64,000 bases of DNA from assembly GCA_963827235.1 (NCBI GenBank), contig CAWHAE010000016.1, positions 448,001-512,000 of the forward strand, in the 5' to 3' direction. A model generated the notes under the pieces. The model was not told the origin of the DNA. It was given only the letters and a program-made list of their open reading frames with translations, and ran no database searches. The position numbers and the translations under genes were made by a program. Positions 58,906 to 64,000 of the stretch are shown one piece after another (position 1 is the stretch's first letter; each line of letters opens with the position of its first letter). The DNA comes from an uncultured bacterium. GTDB taxonomy: Bacteria; Chloroflexota; UBA5177; JANWHV01.

Positions 58906-59042
58906 GCGGATCATCACCCCCCTTCAGCTCCATGACCGGCCGGCTATGTGATGCTGGAATAGCGCACCTCCCTGTATGCGGAACAGGGCAGCTCCCAGCG
59001 GCAGCCGATCAGAGCAACGGCTAATCATATTCTCTAGTGTGT

Positions 59043-59363
59043 TCACTTGCGCAGGCTCACGTGCCACGCGATCATGGTTCCGTGCGGTCCCGCGCTGTAG
59101 CTTACCGTAACATATGAGCCTTGCTTGAACAAGAACCTGGAAATCGCCTTGCCGCTCTTCAAGAACTTGGTTTGGCTATTGACGACGAAGTGGTACGTGG
59201 TGTGATGCGTCTTCGAGTAGATCGCGAGCGCGGTCGACGTTATCGTGGAAATGGTGCCCACGTACATGTGATGCCGAGTGGCACCGGCGGCCGGAGAAGT
59301 CTGGATTGCCGCAAGCAGCAATGCCAGCGCGAGGACGATTGGAAGGCATCGTGTCGGGCGCAC
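59043..59363 (-). CDS. Small secreted basic His-rich protein, probable OB-fold (DUF5666-like)
   Basis: Signal peptide ending AAGA; GTISTIT...VNSQTKF...FKQGSYVTVSY pattern; GAAAGGA RBS. Confidence 0.7.
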   Translation of the reverse strand: MRPTRCLPIVLALALLLAAIQTSPAAGATRHHMYVGTISTITSTALAIYSKTHHTTYHFVVNSQTKFLKSGKAISRFLFKQGSYVTVSYSAGPHGTMIAWHVSLRK

Positions 59364-59536
59364 AATTCAATTCCTTTCCGAATCAGCAGGCCCTCTGCTT
59401 CGTGTATGATACAGTGCTGGTGGCGCGCGTGCGCGCGTAAAGTGCCTGACTCCGGCTATACTGTAGGACTGTAGGCGCCGGGGCGCGAGACAGTGCGAGT
59501 TCAGGTGCTCGCGGCACCGCAGTTGGAGTGACGCCT

Positions 59537-59902
59537 GTGAACGACGGGGCTATCGAGCTCGACAAGAGACCAGGCAAGATCGAGGTATCCCCCACGGCGA
59601 TCGCCACGGCCGCCAGCCGCGTCGTCCTCGAGTGCTATGGCGTTGTCGGCATTGCCCACCGCCGGCTCAAGCATGGCAAGGCAGATCTGCTGGATGACAA
59701 GGCCTACACTCGCGGAATCATAGTCACTATCGAAGGCGGTGAGGTAATCGTGGACGTCTACATCGTCGTCGAGTACGGCACGCGCATCTCCGAAGTCGCC
59801 AACAACGTGATCAGTGCGATCCGTGACTCTCTGCAACGCATGCTCGGTCCAGCGGCGATTCGCGTCAAGGTCAATATCCAGGGGCTACGCATCAGCAGCT
59901 AG
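59537..59902 (+). CDS. Asp23/Gls24 family envelope stress protein (YloU-like)
   Basis: GKIEVS, ECYGVVG, VEYGTRISEVA; precedes DAK2. Confidence 0.92.
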   Translation: MNDGAIELDKRPGKIEVSPTAIATAASRVVLECYGVVGIAHRRLKHGKADLLDDKAYTRGIIVTIEGGEVIVDVYIVVEYGTRISEVANNVISAIRDSLQRMLGPAAIRVKVNIQGLRISS

Positions 59903-59917
59903 CAAGAGGGGGCCAGC

Positions 59918-61603
59918 TTGGGAGTCGCCACAGAGAGTCCGCGGCGCGTGCACTATCGGTGCGACGGGCAGCAGCTACTCGAGCTGTTGTCGACGGCGAC
60001 AGCCTGGCTGGTCGCTCATGCCGCTGAGGTCGACGCGCTTAACGTGTATCCGGTGCCCGACGGTGACACCGGATCCAACATGTCGCAGACCATGCGCGCC
60101 GCTCTTGCCGAGGCGGAGACGGTCCGCGAGGCGGAAGCCGGCAAGGTCGCGGCAGGCCTGGCCCATGGCGCTCTGATGGGCGCGCGCGGCAATTCCGGCG
60201 TCATCCTTTCGCAGCTTCTCCGCGGATTCGCCCGTGCCCTGGACGGCAAGCGCACATTTAGTCCCTCCGACGTGGCGGCGGCCCTGCAGGAGGGAAGCGC
60301 GACAGCATACCGAGCGGTCGTGAAACCCGTCGAAGGTACGGTACTCACTGTATCGCGCGTGACGGCCGAGCATGCCCTTCAAGCTGCGGCGGATAAGCAG
60401 GACTTCCAGCACGTGGTGGGATCCGCGGTCAGCGCGGCCCGCATCGCGGTCAAGGAAACGCGGAATCAGCTCCCCGCGTTGGAGCAGGCGGGAGTAGTCG
60501 ACGCCGGAGGACAAGGGTACCTTCTGCTACTCGAGGGCGCCCTTCGTCACCTTCAGGGCCACCAGGATCAGCTGGCAGCGCCGCGCCCGGACGGGGCGGC
60601 CGCGGCGCGCGCCTCGGTGCCAGGGCACGCCAGCTTGCGCCATCACGACTCGGCGTACGGCTACTGTACGGAGTTCGTGGTGCTCGGCAACGGGCTGTCC
60701 GAATGGAGCGTGCGAGGAGATCTCGAACCCTTGGGCGACTCGCTGCTCGTCGTCGGGGATGGCACGCTCTTGCGGGTACACGTGCACACCGACGATCCGG
60801 GACGCGCCCTCAGCGCCGGCGCTCGGCGAGGTCGCCTTCGGCAGGTGAAAGTGCAGGATATGCAGGCGCAGCACGACGAGTTCGCGCACGAGGTCGCCGC
60901 GCTACCCGCCGCTCCTCCCAGTCCTCCGGCTACGCCGGAAAGCGTTGCTCTGCCGGTCGGTATCGTTGCAGTGGCCAGTGGTGATGGCTTCAAGGCGGTG
61001 TTCGAGAGCCTGGGTGCCGTGGTCGTTCTCGGCGGCCAGACGATGAACCCAAGCACCCAGCAGATTCTGGAGGGGGTCGGTCGATGTCCCCAGGACACGG
61101 CGATCATTCTTCCCAACAACGCCAATGTGGTGAGCACTGCACGTCAAGCGGCGAGCCTATCCGCCAAGCGCGTGGAGGTGATTCCGACGCACAGCATGCC
61201 GCAGGGCATCGCAGCACTGTTCGGCATGCAGTTCGACGAGAGCGTTGATCAGATGCTCGACTCCATGCGCGCCGCAGCCATATCGATCCGCACCATCGAG
61301 ATTACGCGCGCCGTACGGGACGCGGAGCTCGACGGACTGCAGGTGCGCAAGGGGGAGATCCTGGGCATCCTCGACGGCAAGCTCGCCGTGGCCGGCAATG
61401 ATGTCGAGTCGGTCGTTACCGACATGCTGGAGAGCCAATCGGTCGGGCGAGGCAGCGTGGTGACACTCTATTCCGGAGAAGACGCCTCAGAAGATGCAGT
61501 ACATCAGCTTCACGAGACGCTTGTGCGACGCTACCCCGGGATCACTATCGAGTGCGCGGCCGGCGGCCAACCGCATTACCAGTTCATCGTGTCGATCGAA
61601 TGA
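59918..61603 (+). CDS. fakA: DAK2-domain fatty acid kinase catalytic subunit (YloV/FakA)
   Basis: LNVYPVPDGDTGSNM, GARGNSGVILSQ, YGYCTEF, GGQTMNPS, GGQPHY. Confidence 0.92.
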   Translation: MGVATESPRRVHYRCDGQQLLELLSTATAWLVAHAAEVDALNVYPVPDGDTGSNMSQTMRAALAEAETVREAEAGKVAAGLAHGALMGARGNSGVILSQLLRGFARALDGKRTFSPSDVAAALQEGSATAYRAVVKPVEGTVLTVSRVTAEHALQAAADKQDFQHVVGSAVSAARIAVKETRNQLPALEQAGVVDAGGQGYLLLLEGALRHLQGHQDQLAAPRPDGAAAARASVPGHASLRHHDSAYGYCTEFVVLGNGLSEWSVRGDLEPLGDSLLVVGDGTLLRVHVHTDDPGRALSAGARRGRLRQVKVQDMQAQHDEFAHEVAALPAAPPSPPATPESVALPVGIVAVASGDGFKAVFESLGAVVVLGGQTMNPSTQQILEGVGRCPQDTAIILPNNANVVSTARQAASLSAKRVEVIPTHSMPQGIAALFGMQFDESVDQMLDSMRAAAISIRTIEITRAVRDAELDGLQVRKGEILGILDGKLAVAGNDVESVVTDMLESQSVGRGSVVTLYSGEDASEDAVHQLHETLVRRYPGITIECAAGGQPHYQFIVSIE

Positions 61604-62460
61604 GCAACGGAGCACGCACGTCGCAGCGCGTACGCGTGGTGACGGACAGCGCGGCCGACATTAACCCGGACGTCGTCCAGGCGCTCGGCATCGTGGTGGT
61701 GCCGTTCACCATTCATTTCGGTGACTCCGTGTTCGTGGACGGCGTGGACATGGACGCTGCGCAGTTCTATCGCGTGCTGCGCGAGAACCCGCACTTTCCG
61801 CGCACCTCACAGCCGTCCGTGGGCATCTTCGAAGACGCGTTCAGAACGGCGCAAGACCAGGGGCAAGAGATCGTATCGATACACATCTCCGCTCGCCTCA
61901 GCGGTGCCTATAGCGGCGCAGCGACCGCGGCGCGGAACGTGCCGCAGGCAACTGTTCACCTGATCGACTCGCGGCTGGCGGCGATGGCCCAGGGCTTGCT
62001 CGTGATCGCGGCCGCCAAGATGGCGGCCGCCGGCGAGAGCGCCGAGAGCATCGTCGCCGCGGTCGAGTCGCTTCGCGATAGAACACAGATCGCTATCATG
62101 GTCGACAGCCTCACCTACCTGCATCGAGGAGGGCGAATCGGGCGCGCGCAGAGCATGCTCGGCAGCATGCTCAGCATCAAGCCGATCCTGGGCCTCGAGG
62201 ACGGCGTCATCATGCCCAGGCAGCGGGCCCGCAGCGCGCTACGGGCCGTGCAGGCAATATACGGGCTGGCCCGCTCGCTTGATCCGCTACAGGAGGTGCT
62301 GGTGCTGCACTCGAATGCACCCGACCTGGTCGATGAGCTGTGCCGAATGCTGAGACCAGTTTACGACGTGCCTCCTGCCGGTATGTTGGGACCCGTCGTG
62401 GGTACTCACGTTGGCGAGGGCTGCGTCGCCATGGCAATGGTCCAAAGCCAGAAACATTGA
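61600..62460 (+). CDS. fakB: DegV family fatty acid-binding protein (FakB)
   Basis: VVTDSAAD, TSQPS, HISARLSG, GGRIG, GTHVGEG; ATGA overlap with fakA. Confidence 0.9.
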   Translation: MSNGARTSQRVRVVTDSAADINPDVVQALGIVVVPFTIHFGDSVFVDGVDMDAAQFYRVLRENPHFPRTSQPSVGIFEDAFRTAQDQGQEIVSIHISARLSGAYSGAATAARNVPQATVHLIDSRLAAMAQGLLVIAAAKMAAAGESAESIVAAVESLRDRTQIAIMVDSLTYLHRGGRIGRAQSMLGSMLSIKPILGLEDGVIMPRQRARSALRAVQAIYGLARSLDPLQEVLVLHSNAPDLVDELCRMLRPVYDVPPAGMLGPVVGTHVGEGCVAMAMVQSQKH

Positions 62461-62481
62461 CCCAACACGGGAGACCGGTTC

Positions 62482-63246
62482 ATGCTCAAAGTCACCATAC
62501 TGGGGAGCGGGACGAGCCATGGCGTTCCCATGATCGGCTGCCATTGCGAAGTCTGCACCTCGTCGGATCCACGCGACAAGCGGATGCGCCCTTCAGTCAT
62601 GCTGGACCTCGACGGACACAACGTATTGATCGACGTTGCACCGGAGCTCCGCTTGCAGATGATCGCAGCCGGAATCGACGTCGCCGAAGTCGTGCTGCTC
62701 ACACATGGCCATGCGGACCACCTGCACGGAATAGACGACGTGCGGAGGTTTAACGAGCAGCTCGGCCGCGCGGTGCCCGTGTACGGCTCGCCTGCCCTGT
62801 TGGCAGACCTGCGGACCAGGTTCGCCTACATCTTTGCGCACAATATGCAGGGAGGCGGCATCCCGTCATTGGAGCTGCGGCCGATCAAGGGGCCGTTCAG
62901 CTATGCTGGACGCACAATCATCCCGGTGCCGGTGTGGCATGGGGAGACACCCGTCACGGCATACCGGATTGGAGGCCTCGCGTACGTGACCGACGCGAAC
63001 TGTATCCCCCAGGCCTCGTGGAGCCTGCTTGAAAACCTTGACGTCCTCATCCTGGATGCCTTACGACGCGAGCCGCACCCGACGCACTTCAATTTCGAGC
63101 AGGCGCTGGAAGTCGTGGAGAGGCTGCGACCCAAGCTGACCTACTTCACGCACCTCACGCACACCACCCTGCATGCCGCCGTGGAAGCCGAGCTGCCGCC
63201 GCACGTGCGCCTGGCGTACGACGGCCTCACGCTGGAGCTGCGCTGA
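62482..63246 (+). CDS. MBL-fold metallohydrolase (PhnP-like phosphodiesterase)
   Basis: LGSGTSHGVP, CHCEVC, THGHADHLHG, YVTD, HPTH. Confidence 0.9.
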   Translation: MLKVTILGSGTSHGVPMIGCHCEVCTSSDPRDKRMRPSVMLDLDGHNVLIDVAPELRLQMIAAGIDVAEVVLLTHGHADHLHGIDDVRRFNEQLGRAVPVYGSPALLADLRTRFAYIFAHNMQGGGIPSLELRPIKGPFSYAGRTIIPVPVWHGETPVTAYRIGGLAYVTDANCIPQASWSLLENLDVLILDALRREPHPTHFNFEQALEVVERLRPKLTYFTHLTHTTLHAAVEAELPPHVRLAYDGLTLELR

Positions 63247-63746
63247 TGCCCGTCACGCACCTGGACGACGAAGGCCGGGCCCGAATGGTCGACGTCTCTG
63301 CCAAGCCGATCTCGCTACGCGAGGCCACCGCGCGGGCCACCGTGAAGCTCGGGCTTGTAGCCGCCAAGGCGGTGCGCGAAGGCGCCGTCACCAAGGGAGA
63401 CGTCCTGGCCGTGGCTCAGGTGGCCGGCGTAATGGGAGCGAAGGCCACGCCTGCCCTCATTCCCTTGTGCCACCCGTTGCCGCTGTCCGGCGTAACACTG
63501 GCCTTTTCCTGGGCCGGTGACGACCTTCACATCGAGGCGACGGTGCGGACCACCGGCCAAACCGGCGTGGAGATGGAGGCGCTCACGGCAGTCTCCGTCG
63601 CCGCACTGACCGTCTACGACATGGTCAAGGCGATAGAGCGCGGCGTGAGCATCAACGGCATTTCCTTGCTGCGCAAGAGCGGAGGGCAGAGTGGTGAATG
63701 GCAGGCCGAAGACACCGACGACTCAGCCATCGTGCCGCCGTCCTGA
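63246..63746 (+). CDS. moaC: Cyclic pyranopterin monophosphate synthase
   Basis: MVDVSAK, LIPLCHP, TGVEMEALT, YDMVKA, KSGGQSG. Confidence 0.96.
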   Translation: MPVTHLDDEGRARMVDVSAKPISLREATARATVKLGLVAAKAVREGAVTKGDVLAVAQVAGVMGAKATPALIPLCHPLPLSGVTLAFSWAGDDLHIEATVRTTGQTGVEMEALTAVSVAALTVYDMVKAIERGVSINGISLLRKSGGQSGEWQAEDTDDSAIVPPS

Positions 63747-63755
63747 GCAACAGGA

Positions 63756-64000
63756 CTACAACTCGTCGACCGTCTTTTCCAAGCGCTTGAGGCCGTCCTT
63801 CAACACGGTTTTCAGCTCCTTGAGCGCCTGCTCCGCGATATTGTCCAGCACGCCCTCGATCACGCTCTTGCTTCGTTCGGCAACCTCTACGCCGGCCTTC
63901 GCCGCGCCTTCAGCCACGGTACCGGGGGCAGCCGCCAGCTCAGCCTGCACGTTCTTGAGCTTACCGGCGCGACTCCGGCGATACACGATGAGCGCGGCTA
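63756..64000 (-). CDS. Hypothetical membrane-anchored helical protein (5' end beyond the window)
   Basis: Frame open to the edge: ...AALIVYRRSRAG... followed by amphipathic helices. Confidence 0.6.
   Translation of the reverse strand, partial: AALIVYRRSRAGKLKNVQAELAAAPGTVAEGAAKAGVEVAERSKSVIEGVLDNIAEQALKELKTVLKDGLKRLEKTVDEL

Noticed and set aside
58560-58925. tmRNA (GGGGGTGA start plus an ORF ending AAA*)
   Set aside because: No T-arm or 3' acceptor/CCA end at the expected distance; better explained as an SD plus leader ORF.
1-64000. Long antisense or overlapping ORFs (for example 1587..2606, 18030..19502, 20516..22060, 49418..50587)
   Set aside because: Shadow ORFs produced by high-GC codon bias opposite well-supported genes.
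1-64000. CRISPR arrays, tRNA/rRNA, IS elements, integrases, prophage or defence genes
   Set aside because: No repeat-spacer periodicity, cloverleafs, transposase or integrase motifs, or compositional island seen by eye.

Overview
High-GC bacterial chromosomal window, mostly core genome. Gene content suggests a Terrabacteria lineage, probably Chloroflexota (inference from the archaeal-type Asd, SCO1664-family protein, Asp23-DAK2-DegV cluster, Flp pilin and absence of outer-membrane genes). From left to right: the 5' half of a complex I operon (nuoA-G, minus strand); a radical SAM/GT4/MFS trio; lysC-asd-aminotransferase; recJ, SCO1664-family, dtd; recO-ppdK-rpoD; an orphan Flp pilin divergent from a kinase/NarL regulator/PdtaS-like kinase cluster; tlyA-nadK; a Tat-exported ABC importer; TetR, USP, holB, GT4, SRAP, MFS, HAD; two more orphan kinases; Ldh_2, mutL, cyclodeaminase-like, RNase HI; a soluble MgtE-N/CBS protein; asp23-fakA-fakB-MBL hydrolase-moaC. 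I found no rRNA, tRNA, CRISPR array or mobile element. Six apparent +1 frameshifts in five conserved genes (nuoD, lysC, recJ twice, ppdK, ABC permease) look like sequencing errors. The most interesting signals are non-coding. (1) A five-unit, exactly 11-bp-periodic (C/T)TTA(A/G)C array (Pho-box-like) lies ahead of the ABC importer. (2) An unannotated 47-aa leader ORF plus an anti-Shine-Dalgarno switch lies upstream of a pore-less MgtE-like gene. (3) A ~195-nt rod-like RNA candidate follows that gene. (4) A repeated ACACGAGTGT operator-like motif sits between the pilin and the signalling genes. Protein-level oddities are a ~300-aa insertion in sigma70 and a non-canonical NADH/FMN-site loop in NuoF. 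All family calls are by-eye motif recognition; no searches were run.
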